DNA of 64,000 nucleotides from a virus. Where the stretch lies: IMG/VR virus record IMGVR_UViG_3300049489_000477, positions 1 to 64,000 of that record; one strand, given 5' to 3'. Made by a program: the position numbers and the translations under genes. This document shows, in pieces, positions 28,001-37,052 of the stretch. Each line of letters starts with the position of its first letter. Position 1 is the first letter of the stretch. The notes below the pieces were generated by a model, which was not told the origin of the DNA, did no database searches, and saw nothing but the letters and a program-made list of their open reading frames with translations.

Positions 28001-30431
28001 CTCAGCTACAGCCGCCGTAAATACTATTGTCTCATATTCAGATAAAATGTATTATGGCGGGGCGTTCAATGCTGCTGGATTATGGAGAAGTCGTGCATTG
28101 GCTGTTAGTGCATCAATGGATATACTTGATTGGGTACCAAAGTGCAGTAGCACTGTGCAGACTATAGCAACCAGCGCCAATAGAGTTTATCTTGGTGGAA
28201 GTTTTACAACTGTTAATGGTGTATCCCGGCAGACGCTTGCATCCGTAGATCCAGACCTTGGTTATATAAACACATGGAATCCAAATCCAAGTGTTTATGC
28301 ATCTACAGCCGTAGCATATACCATAAAGCCACATAGAAATCTTATGTATGTCGGCGGTAACTTCCAAGCTCTTGGTGGAACAACACGCATTCATACTGGA
28401 GCGGTTGATCCAGATACTGGTGGTTTAAATGCTGCATGGAATCCTAGTATTGCAGTTTATGGTGGAACAGGTGGTTCTTTCGTAAGATCCATAAACATCA
28501 GCGGTACTAATGTATATCTTGGTGGAGCATTTTACTCTGTTTCGGGTGCTACACAGTATCCGTTTACGGTTGTTAACGACACAAATGGTGGTCTTGAACA
28601 AAATTCAAACGTCTTCATATCTAATTCAGCCGCAACTGTTAGCACATATGTAATAGTTCCCGGTGATGATGCTATATATGTGGGTGGAACATTTGACCTT
28701 AATGCTAATTTAAGGCGTGAAAAACTCTGTAGGTATGACAATTACATATTGTCTGATTGGATTACCCACTGTAATGGTACTGTTGTAAATTCTGTTGTGG
28801 CTATAAGTGGTATATTGTATTTTGGTGGAAATTTTACTGGCGCAAACGGTGTGGCGAGAAATAGATGTGGTGCAGTAAACGCAGAAACTGGAGAATTATT
28901 GGCATGGAATCCAAACGCAAACGGTACTGTTAACACTATATATCCAACAGACTCTAAAATATATATTGGTGGAGCATTTACCTCCATTGGAGGTCAATCT
29001 CGTTCGTATGCTGGTGCGGTTGATACTGTAAATGGAACAGCTACTATATGGAATCCAAATTTGGTTGGTACAAACATATTTACAATAGCTGGTAGCGGAT
29101 CTCTTATTTACATAGGAGGTAACTTATCAAGTTCTAATGGAACCACCCAATCCATGGCTACCGTGGTTGATTCTATTTCTGGAAAGACGGATCCAAACTC
29201 GTTATGTGGGTATGACAATGATACTAGTAACGCATATGTGTACAATATAGTGCCTTATGATGGTAGTTTATATATTTGTGGTTTGATGCAATACGGTAGA
29301 TATTATAGAAATAGAGTGTATTCGTTAACACAAAGTGGTAATATGCGTGTATGGACGCCAAATGTTGGAGGAACTGTTCGCACATTAAATGTTAGTGGAA
29401 ATACTGTTTATATTGGCGGTGATTTCACTCTCACAAATAACACAACAAGAAATAGAGTTGCCGCCATTAATAGAGAAACTGGTGAATTATTTTCATGGAA
29501 TCCTAATGCCAATAACTCAGTATATTCGATGCATCTGAAAAATTCTACAGTATATCTTGGTGGTGCCTTTACCACCGTTGGTGGTCAGTCTCGTTCGTAT
29601 GCTGGCGCGGTTGATCATGTTAGTGGACTAGCTACAATATGGAATGCTGCTCTAGCTAGTACCAATATACTTACAATAGAGAGTAGTGGATCAATGATTT
29701 TCTTGGGTGGTAACATATCAAGTTCAAATGGTGTTGCTCAATCAATGGTTACTGTCGTTGACGAAATATCTGGAAAATTAGATCCAAACTCGTTGTGTGC
29801 ATATAATAACGGCACCAGTAACGGATATGTTGAGCGTATTAAAGCACATGACGGTAATTTGTACATTGGTGGTGCAATGACATTTGGACAATACTACAGA
29901 AACAAAGTATACTCATTAACTCAAAATGGTAATATGCGACCATGGACACCAAATTTTGGAAACACGGTTCGTGTCGTTAGTATTAGTGGTGATACAATTT
30001 ACATAGGTGGTGATTATACATCAGTAAATAGCATAACAAGAAATAGAGCCGCAGCTATTGATAAGCAAACTGGTGACCTTTTACCATGGAATCCAAACTG
30101 TAATCAAGCTGTTTATACCATAGAACCAAGTGGAGATAGGGTGTATATCGGTGGTAATTTCACGACAATTGGCGGTACTAGTCGAGGTTATGCTGGTGTA
30201 GTTGATAGTGTAAACGGAACTTCTCTCTATCCATGGAACCCAAGTTGTAATGCTCTCGTTAACTCATTAACATTCAACGGAAGAAACATATATCTTGGTG
30301 GAAATTTCACGACCGTAGCCGGCGGTGTATCACGAAATTACGCATGTTCAGTTCATGCCGTAACTGGTGGGGTAACCGAATGGAAGCCTAATCCAAACGG
30401 ACAGGTTCGGATAATAAATATCGGTTATTAA
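25071..30431 (+). CDS. Giant beta-propeller-repeat adhesin/receptor-binding-like protein (1786 aa)
   Basis: About 30 repeats of ~52-56 aa with consensus (W/F)NPN(C/A)N..V.......iYiGG.FT.v.G..RNr.a; N-terminal W-rich docking-like motif (GVWAEVNEMWIK..WKDIQEGWIKSGGVW). Confidence 0.75.
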   Translation: MPLRKKDSGVWAEVNEMWIKDTTWKDIQEGWIKSGGVWSQFFSKTLPFLLYVGGDFTTVSASARNRIVSTDKENVLQGFNPNAGAAVYTILPSGSTIFIGGSFITMGGVTRNRVASVQIDSISGVLTAWNPNCNGGPVQALVADDTSVYIGGSAFGTVGGVTQNRIAKVTSDTGSVISLKHHLTGDNVYALDIDNDKNIYIGGGMTLVYGEDRNRVLSTNMNNGLISSFNPNAGSTVYSLLPSGSTLFIGGAFTTMSGVTRNRVASVVLDGISGSLTAWNPNCNGGPVRALVADDATVYIGGDAFGTVGGVTQNRITKVTSDTGAVISLKHHLAADNVSSVDIDSDKNVYIGGGMTIVYGETRNRALSTNMNNGLISSFHPNSNGAVNTILPSGTTIFIGGAYTTLQGTARSRVGAIQLDGISGTLTAWNPNCNGEVKCLVAKDTLVLIGGLFSTVNGVATSRFSPVTSDVGTKIPLSKYPNNDVYSISVSGDSIYLGGTFASTNDEVRKYALSVNTLNSKLLGFNPNANADVVTILPSSTTIFMGGSFTTLQGTTRNRAGAILLDGISGTVTSWNPNCGSTVNALAVSELGIYLGGAFTTVGGATSNGLTEVNASNGGIVRKPKWTSSTTIQCVHVSGSNVFVGGTFTSVAISASSYLCSSDISGNKANQDFVAICNNTVTCSSIIGSNLYIGGQFTSVGGLTRNRLAKVSLSTGAVDTWNPNAGGNVICMAADSSNIYVGGQFTTLGGIPRIKLGKISDTGTISATWTPSASNDVFSLFLREGEEYIYIGGTFALMNLTVTRNNGANVSTTAGTLGSWDPNCNGVIRAIYVTDSYVYIGGDFTAVNGGTGRNRIAATDKTNGTLIGWNPNCGNNVYCITKNSSTIYFGGIFGTVNSVTRNYAGAWTEAVNTTGVGTLSSWNPNCGGNVYSMCVANGGVHLGGTFTTVNTLSYNNIVKVALDTGGIDNLFNFYVTHSATAAVNTIVSYSDKMYYGGAFNAAGLWRSRALAVSASMDILDWVPKCSSTVQTIATSANRVYLGGSFTTVNGVSRQTLASVDPDLGYINTWNPNPSVYASTAVAYTIKPHRNLMYVGGNFQALGGTTRIHTGAVDPDTGGLNAAWNPSIAVYGGTGGSFVRSINISGTNVYLGGAFYSVSGATQYPFTVVNDTNGGLEQNSNVFISNSAATVSTYVIVPGDDAIYVGGTFDLNANLRREKLCRYDNYILSDWITHCNGTVVNSVVAISGILYFGGNFTGANGVARNRCGAVNAETGELLAWNPNANGTVNTIYPTDSKIYIGGAFTSIGGQSRSYAGAVDTVNGTATIWNPNLVGTNIFTIAGSGSLIYIGGNLSSSNGTTQSMATVVDSISGKTDPNSLCGYDNDTSNAYVYNIVPYDGSLYICGLMQYGRYYRNRVYSLTQSGNMRVWTPNVGGTVRTLNVSGNTVYIGGDFTLTNNTTRNRVAAINRETGELFSWNPNANNSVYSMHLKNSTVYLGGAFTTVGGQSRSYAGAVDHVSGLATIWNAALASTNILTIESSGSMIFLGGNISSSNGVAQSMVTVVDEISGKLDPNSLCAYNNGTSNGYVERIKAHDGNLYIGGAMTFGQYYRNKVYSLTQNGNMRPWTPNFGNTVRVVSISGDTIYIGGDYTSVNSITRNRAAAIDKQTGDLLPWNPNCNQAVYTIEPSGDRVYIGGNFTTIGGTSRGYAGVVDSVNGTSLYPWNPSCNALVNSLTFNGRNIYLGGNFTTVAGGVSRNYACSVHAVTGGVTEWKPNPNGQVRIINIGY

Positions 30432-30440
30432 AGGAATCAT

Positions 30441-30737
30441 ATGGAATATAACTTCGAAACAAACTATACGACAACAACCAATGATGGCAGAGCAACCTAT
30501 TACTCTGTACATGGAATATTGCACCGTACAGACGGTCCAGCCATTGAATACGACCACGGAGGAAAAGAGTGGTATATAAATGGACTTTTACACCGTACAG
30601 ACGGTCCTGCTATCATAACATGTGAAAATGACCAATATTATTACAATAACGGTGAGTTACATCGAGTCGGTGGTCCTGCTATTATTCATAGTAACGGAAC
30701 AACCGAAAATTGGGAAAATGGCGTCAAAATAGATTAA
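30441..30737 (+). CDS. MORN-variant (LHRxDGPA) repeat protein
   Basis: Three LHR(T/V)(D/G)GPA(I) repeats with WY/YY-xNG, a family common in large phages. Confidence 0.75.
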   Translation: MEYNFETNYTTTTNDGRATYYSVHGILHRTDGPAIEYDHGGKEWYINGLLHRTDGPAIITCENDQYYYNNGELHRVGGPAIIHSNGTTENWENGVKID

Positions 30738-30988
30738 ATCACCGTCGCGCCAAAATCATCAACAATTTTTCTCAGTTCATCAATCTTATCTTCGGTGGTG
30801 ACAACAGATGCTATCAATGCCTCCGGTTGAAATGATGTATTATCTATTCCTACAGCACTCAAAGCAGCTTTGAATTTCTCCAAAGTTTCGTAGACATTTT
30901 CAATAGGCGACTTATCAAAAGATATATTGATAGTTCTGTTGTCTTGAGCAAAGAATATATTTTCAAGTAATTGCTTGAGTTGTTTCAT
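30734..30988 (-). CDS. Small hypothetical protein, possibly head-packaged
   Basis: Begins MKQLKQLLE; coupled (TAATG) to the upstream collar gene. Confidence 0.55.
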   Translation of the reverse strand: MKQLKQLLENIFFAQDNRTINISFDKSPIENVYETLEKFKAALSAVGIDNTSFQPEALIASVVTTEDKIDELRKIVDDFGATVI

Positions 30989-33111
30989 TACTTATACCTT
31001 ATGATCTTGTTAAACGCCAAGTATGGAGGCATGTTATTGTGATACTTACTTCCACCAGTGTTTTCTGTGTATGGGTTATTCTTCCAATATGGACCGGAGC
31101 CATCAGAGAAGTTAGAACTTCCGCCACCGACTTTACCAAGAATTTGGTGATTGTGAGATGCCAACTCAGCGACTGTTAACTGATGTCTATCAGAGCCACC
31201 AGCTTCACCAACTTGATAGGTATAAACAACAGCATTACCACTGATATCAAGAATGGTTGTTTCACCAGCAGCTAAAGTCATTCTTCCATTTGCCAACGGC
31301 AACAAGAAGTGACTTATAGAGCCAGAAATACCGCTTTGAACGAATGTTGGTGTACCTGTTATGTTCTGAACAGTTCCGGCAAAGAACCATGGAGTTCCAC
31401 TCACATCGGCTACTTGTGAGTAGACTTGATATGGGGTGCTGCCAGATGGGGTGATGGTCAATCCAAAGACATATACGCCAGAAATGGATGTTGTGTATCG
31501 ACCCATAGCTGTCGCTGGTGTGCCAGTGATATCAAATGATGTCATTAAGCCGAAATTAAATCCAATCTCATTGAACAACAGATCGAAGCCAGTTATTGAA
31601 CATGCTGATCCTTCACACATGAGCCAATTGGTTGGTGGTGTGTTGCCGCCAAAATCAAGAACCGAGCCGACTGGCGTTACGATGCGACTGAATTCAACAT
31701 TGACAGCATCGCCAGGTTCATCGATTCTTGCAAATCCAACATTCTTTATAATGTGATCAGTCAAGTCCATCATTCCAGCAGAGGATGAGAATGAGACGGT
31801 TAAGATATCGACTGTCAGGTTATCCAACTTGACATTGTAACCATATTTCAAAGCAGTTGAGTCTTTGTTAACAAAGATAACTTCTCTTGTTGCATCATTT
31901 TCACGACCATATGGTGTTGCTACGAACGGTGCGCTTCTATCTGCAATATTGTTGGTTATATCCAACTGACGAGGCTTCATGAACCAGCCGACTATTTGAG
32001 CGCGTTGTGTCTCGTTGCCGACAGGTATTCTATCGTCACTTGCTGGAATCCATGATTCGATAGCTCTATTCGTTGGATATATGACGCTGAATGTTGCGGA
32101 AGGTACGGTTGAATCAACATAAACATCGCTACCTTCGAAGATAGCGCAGTATTGTGATCCAGCACCACTTGAATCTTGACCAATGACACCGGCATATTGT
32201 GATGCTGCGCGAATAGCTTTTACAAGACCAAATCTATCAAGCTGATCAAGCAAGCTGCCAATGGTCAAGTTCCAATAGGCGGCAGAAATGGACGAAGCTG
32301 ACATTCCTACTGATTCTGTTCTTAACTTTCTCCACAGTAATGTTTCCCATGCTTCGCGGCTGTTCAAGATACCAACATGCTTGCTATCGTTCATCAAACG
32401 GAACATATCAAATGCAAGATCGGTAACTCTGAATTGTGAGCCTGCTGTATCGTAGACTTCATCATGAATGAGACTAAATGATTCACGATTAAGAACCGTG
32501 AAGCGAAGTCCTCGATCCGTTTGCTTGAATTCGTTGTAGATTTTTGTATTACCGACAATAAGCAAGCGAGGATCGTTGCCACCTTGTGGTTGCATACGAT
32601 TTGCCGACGATCTGATGAAGAATGGAACAATAGCTTCTAATGTGCCTGGTGTTCCAAATCTATTTGAATTTGTTGTTCCGAATACATTGATATTTGTTAG
32701 GGCTGATATATCTTCGGTATGAACGACCGGGCAATATGTCTTAAAGCTTCCAGCCGAAATATCAACATTACCAATAATATGAAGGTCACTTGAAATGGTT
32801 TGAATTTCTGACGAGTTTTTAAAGACAAGACCAGCACTCATGAATGCTGAGACGGCGGGATAGATGTAGTCTAATTTTGCGCTTGTTTCTGCTACCTTTG
32901 TTTCCAACCAATCATTCGTTATTTCGTGTAAGCCACCTGACGCATCGGCTAACCAAAGCTGGATGGTACTTTCGGAGGTATATGATCTGGCTGATGCTGA
33001 CTCTGTTGTTGAAAGGGCGAAAATCGTAATACGCTCACCAAGAGGTGAGGTCAATGTGCTAAATCCATCCTTTAAATTCAACTCAAGCCCGTTGTCTCTA
33101 AAACTTGCCAT
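30988..33111 (-). CDS. Tail fibre protein with ILEI/GG-lectin-like domain and an interrupted phage tail-collar domain
   Basis: RGLRFTVLNRE...YDTAGS (ILEI-like); PVGSVLDFGGNTPPTNWLMCEG...FG [insert] FLLP..NGR; GEAGGSDRHQLTVAELASHNH; HNNMPPYLAFNKIIR. Confidence 0.75.
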   Translation of the reverse strand: MASFRDNGLELNLKDGFSTLTSPLGERITIFALSTTESASARSYTSESTIQLWLADASGGLHEITNDWLETKVAETSAKLDYIYPAVSAFMSAGLVFKNSSEIQTISSDLHIIGNVDISAGSFKTYCPVVHTEDISALTNINVFGTTNSNRFGTPGTLEAIVPFFIRSSANRMQPQGGNDPRLLIVGNTKIYNEFKQTDRGLRFTVLNRESFSLIHDEVYDTAGSQFRVTDLAFDMFRLMNDSKHVGILNSREAWETLLWRKLRTESVGMSASSISAAYWNLTIGSLLDQLDRFGLVKAIRAASQYAGVIGQDSSGAGSQYCAIFEGSDVYVDSTVPSATFSVIYPTNRAIESWIPASDDRIPVGNETQRAQIVGWFMKPRQLDITNNIADRSAPFVATPYGRENDATREVIFVNKDSTALKYGYNVKLDNLTVDILTVSFSSSAGMMDLTDHIIKNVGFARIDEPGDAVNVEFSRIVTPVGSVLDFGGNTPPTNWLMCEGSACSITGFDLLFNEIGFNFGLMTSFDITGTPATAMGRYTTSISGVYVFGLTITPSGSTPYQVYSQVADVSGTPWFFAGTVQNITGTPTFVQSGISGSISHFLLPLANGRMTLAAGETTILDISGNAVVYTYQVGEAGGSDRHQLTVAELASHNHQILGKVGGGSSNFSDGSGPYWKNNPYTENTGGSKYHNNMPPYLAFNKIIRYK

Positions 33112-33113
33112 TT

Positions 33114-33518
33114 TTATGCTCCAGATTTGTTTTGAGGTGGAACCTCAGTGTTATTTATAGTTTTTTGAACGAGTTCGCTATTAAATACGACATTAATCGT
33201 TCGTGATGGGTCGTATCCTTGACCAAGGAACTGCGTTAAACAAAAGATTATCCACGTTGTGCCGCTGTAGATGGCACCATTGAAGATAATGTTGTATGCG
33301 GGAAATGGACCCATGAAGATGCCAACAAGAATGCCTGCCCAGAACCCAAAACACATCGGACAATTCAATAGCTTATAAAAACTAGCGTATATTTTTGAAA
33401 GCTTACCATTTTGTTGTGACTTTTTTATAAACCATTCTCTGAAACTGTAAAATATAGATCCTTGCGTCACAATGTTTGTGATGCCGTAAGCAAGTAGGAT
33501 GGCTATAAGAAGTTGCAT
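33114..33518 (-). CDS. DUF1360-like membrane protein
   Basis: LAYGITNIVTQGSIF..FR, LLNCPMCFGFW and several hydrophobic helices; likely start is the ATG at 33518. Confidence 0.65.
   Translation of the reverse strand: MQLLIAILLAYGITNIVTQGSIFYSFREWFIKKSQQNGKLSKIYASFYKLLNCPMCFGFWAGILVGIFMGPFPAYNIIFNGAIYSGTTWIIFCLTQFLGQGYDPSRTINVVFNSELVQKTINNTEVPPQNKSGA
33152..33159 (-). promoter_or_regulatory. T4-type late promoter TATAAATA
   Basis: TATTTATA on the + strand, about 40 nt upstream of the start at 33111. Confidence 0.6.
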
Positions 33519-33522
33519 GTTT

Positions 33523-35046
33523 TTATACGATAAGTGTGACGGGAACCCATGGACCAGCCGATGTATGTTGTGTAACCCACATCTGTCCACCGATTATACC
33601 AAGAGCAAGCGTTCCTGTAGCGGTCGGATCACCGAATATGAGTGCTTGTGGGATAGCTGGCAATATGGTCGATGTTAAGAATGTCTTTTGTCCAGAAATG
33701 GTTTGCGTTGATGTAGCATCGACAGGAATAATTTGTTCTGGTGTAAATAACTTGATGTAGTAGTTGAGAGCCACGTTGCGTGGTCTTGATTCAGAACCTT
33801 CTGAACTTAATGTGACCGAGTGGTTATGTCCACCAGCAGCATCAATGGTTGCTGTGTGATTATGATTACCAGCAGAACCTGTTTGTGAAACATGGTCGCC
33901 ATCCGATGTCGCGTCTGGACCGTCATGGGCGGTGCCCGTATCCGTAACCAATGCTGGTGTTAATGCGTGGGTATGTGATCCGTTTGAATTAATAGTTATG
34001 GTGTGACTATGTGATCCAGCCAAATTAACGGTTGTTGAGTGGTCATGTGCCTTGTTATCTTCTGCTTGTGTGGATCCAAATACGCGACCAGAATCTACAC
34101 CGCGAGCAGCATCCCAGCCACGAATAAACTCGCCTCGTAGGTCTGGTATCTGGAAGAATGCACCGGATCCACCAAATGTATATCCATAGACGCTGAATAA
34201 TTCTGCATTTCCAGTGACGGACAAGAATGCACCATTTGCTAGTATCCAATCGATACCTGGAGGTGTCGCTGATCCGAATGATATGATAGTACCAACAGGA
34301 ACAGCACCACCACCATAAAAACGATTTCCAGTTATGGACATCATCATGGTGTTTAATAAATCAACTTGTGCTTGTAGTTGTGCTGTGGTTGTGAGTGGTG
34401 TATATGATCCACTAATAGCTGTGATTTGGCTTTGAAGAACGAGGTCGGCTGCAATTCTTTGTGTTGTTTCGTAATTGTCTCTTGCGTCTGTGTATCCTTT
34501 GTTTGCTGCATCTAACACAACCTTTGGTGTGTTGACTTGACAACGACCTTCGGCATTACGAAGCATCAAAGTATCAGCTAACTGTGTATATGATCCCCAT
34601 TCGTCTATTTGTGCGTTAACAACATTTGGAATTTCGGATTTTGTATAGTAGAGGTTATTGTGATTATGACTATTCTGTAGACCCTTTGGAGATAAGTCGG
34701 GAGCGGCTATAACATTTCGCCAGTGGACGCGAGATAGCTTGGCATGAGCGATTTCTTCTTTCGAAAAATACCGTCTATCATTTATGTATTCATTTGGACC
34801 CGTACCAGGAATATTGATTTGCCAATTGATTTCATATCCAGAAACCACAGGAACAGATGACAAAACGATATCAAACCCCGTAGTTGTTCTGTTAAGAATT
34901 CCTTGAACAAACAAATTAGCACTTGATGTCGGAGCTACTAATGAAACAACAGGATGCGAATAGAGTAAATTGAGTGCATTGTGTGAAACATGGTATATAC
35001 CCGCGCTTACAACACAACTTATAGAACCACTATAGAATTCCGTCAT
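33523..35046 (-). CDS. Tail fibre protein with phage tail-collar domain and His-x-His metal-binding tip
   Basis: VPVGTIISFG..PP..WILANG...LFSVYGYTFGG...FQIPDLRGEFIRGWD..RGVDSGRVFGSTQ, repeated HxH (AHDH, SHSH, SHTH, NHNH, GHNH), ESRPRNVALNYYIK. Confidence 0.85.
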   Translation of the reverse strand: MTEFYSGSISCVVSAGIYHVSHNALNLLYSHPVVSLVAPTSSANLFVQGILNRTTTGFDIVLSSVPVVSGYEINWQINIPGTGPNEYINDRRYFSKEEIAHAKLSRVHWRNVIAAPDLSPKGLQNSHNHNNLYYTKSEIPNVVNAQIDEWGSYTQLADTLMLRNAEGRCQVNTPKVVLDAANKGYTDARDNYETTQRIAADLVLQSQITAISGSYTPLTTTAQLQAQVDLLNTMMMSITGNRFYGGGAVPVGTIISFGSATPPGIDWILANGAFLSVTGNAELFSVYGYTFGGSGAFFQIPDLRGEFIRGWDAARGVDSGRVFGSTQAEDNKAHDHSTTVNLAGSHSHTITINSNGSHTHALTPALVTDTGTAHDGPDATSDGDHVSQTGSAGNHNHTATIDAAGGHNHSVTLSSEGSESRPRNVALNYYIKLFTPEQIIPVDATSTQTISGQKTFLTSTILPAIPQALIFGDPTATGTLALGIIGGQMWVTQHTSAGPWVPVTLIV

Positions 35047-35065
35047 ATTTGTTCCCTCATTTACT

Positions 35066-35073
35066 TATTTATA
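35066..35073 (-). promoter_or_regulatory. T4-type late promoter TATAAATA
   Basis: Octamer 20 nt upstream of the start at 35046, with GAGGG RBS. Confidence 0.75.
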
Positions 35074-35105
35074 CAAATAATTACACAATTATTATAACAC
35101 AAAAT

Positions 35106-35141
35106 AGAAAGACCTCCGGTTTTTAGTCGGAGGTCATTTCT
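35106..35141 (-). terminator. Intrinsic terminator
   Basis: GACCTCCG...CGGAGGTC inverted repeat with flanking A/T-rich sequence, downstream of the gene ending at 35161. Confidence 0.7.
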
Positions 35142-35160
35142 TTTAAAACTCTTTCAATCC

Positions 35161-37014
35161 TTATGAGCCGTAAGCCTTGAGAAGTACCCAATTAATCTCA
35201 TATCCAGCAACATCAGGAATATCGGACAATACGACATTGAATGATGTTGTTGTACGGTTCGTTATGCCTTGTACATACATGATTGACGAACTTACAGGTA
35301 TGGTCAACGAAACGATTGGGAACGATGTGGCGACTGTGCTATTCGAGTGTGTTACTTCATACACATAGTTACTTGTTGTGCAGGAAATCTTTCCACCCTG
35401 TACCATTGCAGCCAAATTCGAAGTTATAGCACCACTTACAACATTTGTGTATGCTACGGAAGCGTCATAGGCATGAGCAGATGCGTTAGCTGCGAATGTC
35501 TTTGCTTCGGTTACTGCAAGGTTATAAGCATTAGCCGATGCGGCTGATGCAAATGTCTTGGCGTCAATGATAGCAAGATCGTAAGCATGAGCAGATGCTG
35601 CGTATGTTACGACCAATGATGCGTCATAAGCATGAGCAGATGCAGCGTATGAAAGAGTCTTTGCTTCGTTTACTGCAAGATCATAAGCATTAGCCGATGC
35701 GGCTGATGCAAATGTCTTGGCGTCAATGATAGCAAGATCGTAAGCATGAGCAGATGCTGCGTATGTTACGACCAATGATGCATCGTAAGCATGGGCAGAT
35801 GCTGCCGAGGCGAATGTCTTAGCATCTGTGATAGCAAGATTATAAGCATTAGCCGAGGCGTCTGATGCGTATGTTCTGGCTTCAATGATAGCAAGATCAT
35901 ATGCGTGAGCAGAAGCAGCGTAGGATGCTGCGAGGGCGGCACCAGTGATCGAGTCTGCTGTGACAGTTTCAAATCTGGATGTTGTTGCATTCCAACGTGG
36001 AATACCAGATGCTAATGGGTTATCTTCACGGGTAGCAACTGCTTGTGTCGATCCAGAAATACCAACGGCAAATACGTCTCTGGCTTCGTCAAATACGAAC
36101 CAGTACGCAGCACTTGGTGAACCTCTATCAACTTGTATACCTGCGAATCCTTTTGTTACGCCAGGACCAGGCTCACCACTATTGATAACGATGATGTTAT
36201 CACTAACAATAAGTTCTTGAGACGATACTGTTGTTGTTGTACCGGAAACGAAGAGGTTACCGCTAACAACAACATTATTTGTGAATGTCTTTATACCAGC
36301 AATTGATTGGTCACCAGTTAGATGAACAGTTGCATCGTAAACACTGGATGATGCTGCTGCTGCGTATGTCTTGGCTTCGGTTATTGCAAGATTGTATGCG
36401 TTAGCAGATGCGTCTGATGCGAATGTCTTGGCATCAACAATGGCGGCGTCATAAGCATGAGCCGATGCGTTGGCTGCAAAGGTCTTGGCATCAACAATGG
36501 CGGCGTCATAAGCATGAGCCGATGCTGCCGATGCAAATGTCTTGGCGTCAATGATGGCGAGGTCATATGCATGGGCAGATGCTGCATAGGTTACAACCAA
36601 GGATGCATCAAGAGCGTGGGCAGATGCGGCTGATGCAAAGGTCTTGGCATCAACAATGGCAGCGTCATAAGCATGAGCCGATGCGTTGGCTGCAAAGGTC
36701 TTGGCGTCAACAATGGCTGCATCGTAGGCATGAGCAGATGCGGCTGATGCAAAGGTCTTGGCATCGACAATGGCAAGATCGTATGCATGGGCAGATGCGG
36801 CATAAGTCGCTGTCAATGCTGCACGATAAGCATTGGCAGATGCGGCATCAGATGCGCCGACAACCGTACCATCACTTCTCTTTATTTTTATATCGTCTAT
36901 GGTAGCAAACATGAAAACGCCAGTGTTTGCTGGGTTTGTTGCTAGAGTTCCGGTCAGACCGGCTGAGATATCTATAATTTCGGTTGATATACCACCTTTG
37001 AATACGCCTGCCAT
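35161..37014 (-). CDS. Ala-rich coiled-coil repeat fibre protein
   Basis: Two blocks of ASA(H/N)AY(D/N) repeats flanking a fibre domain shared with 4529..6802; C-terminal shared ~70-aa module. Confidence 0.75.
   Translation of the reverse strand: MAGVFKGGISTEIIDISAGLTGTLATNPANTGVFMFATIDDIKIKRSDGTVVGASDAASANAYRAALTATYAASAHAYDLAIVDAKTFASAASAHAYDAAIVDAKTFAANASAHAYDAAIVDAKTFASAASAHALDASLVVTYAASAHAYDLAIIDAKTFASAASAHAYDAAIVDAKTFAANASAHAYDAAIVDAKTFASDASANAYNLAITEAKTYAAAASSSVYDATVHLTGDQSIAGIKTFTNNVVVSGNLFVSGTTTTVSSQELIVSDNIIVINSGEPGPGVTKGFAGIQVDRGSPSAAYWFVFDEARDVFAVGISGSTQAVATREDNPLASGIPRWNATTSRFETVTADSITGAALAASYAASAHAYDLAIIEARTYASDASANAYNLAITDAKTFASAASAHAYDASLVVTYAASAHAYDLAIIDAKTFASAASANAYDLAVNEAKTLSYAASAHAYDASLVVTYAASAHAYDLAIIDAKTFASAASANAYNLAVTEAKTFAANASAHAYDASVAYTNVVSGAITSNLAAMVQGGKISCTTSNYVYEVTHSNSTVATSFPIVSLTIPVSSSIMYVQGITNRTTTSFNVVLSDIPDVAGYEINWVLLKAYGS
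35455..36845 (-). repeat. Two arrays of degenerate coding tandem repeats (54-bp and 45-bp units)
   Basis: Units such as gcatgagcagatgc...gcaaaggtcttggcatcaacaatggc recur at ~35455-35930 and ~36345-36845. Confidence 0.75.
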
Positions 37015-37034
37015 GGTTGTCTCCTAGTGCTATT

Positions 37035-37042
37035 TATTTATA
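37035..37042 (-). promoter_or_regulatory. T4-type late promoter TATAAATA
   Basis: Octamer upstream of AGGAG RBS and the ATG at 37014. Confidence 0.75.
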
Positions 37043-37052
37043 TATGATTTCC

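Noticed and set aside
25071-30431. Near-identical repeats as a possible diversity-generating retroelement TR/VR pair
   Set aside because: Both copies are in-frame inside one gene, differences are not adenine-specific, and no reverse transcriptase is visible in the window.
24000-30740. Plus-strand island within a minus-strand region as a mobile or invertible cassette
   Set aside because: No flanking inverted or direct repeats or recombinase were seen; it has a normal late promoter and a convergent 4-nt overlap at its end.
5453-36330. Opposite-strand homologous fibre modules as an invertible host-range switch
   Set aside because: Similarity is at protein level with many synonymous differences; I saw no identical crossover sites and no invertase or recombinase in the window.
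35455-36845. Regularly spaced repeats as a possible CRISPR array
   Set aside because: The units are degenerate at third codon positions, have no unique spacers, keep the reading frame, and no cas genes are present.
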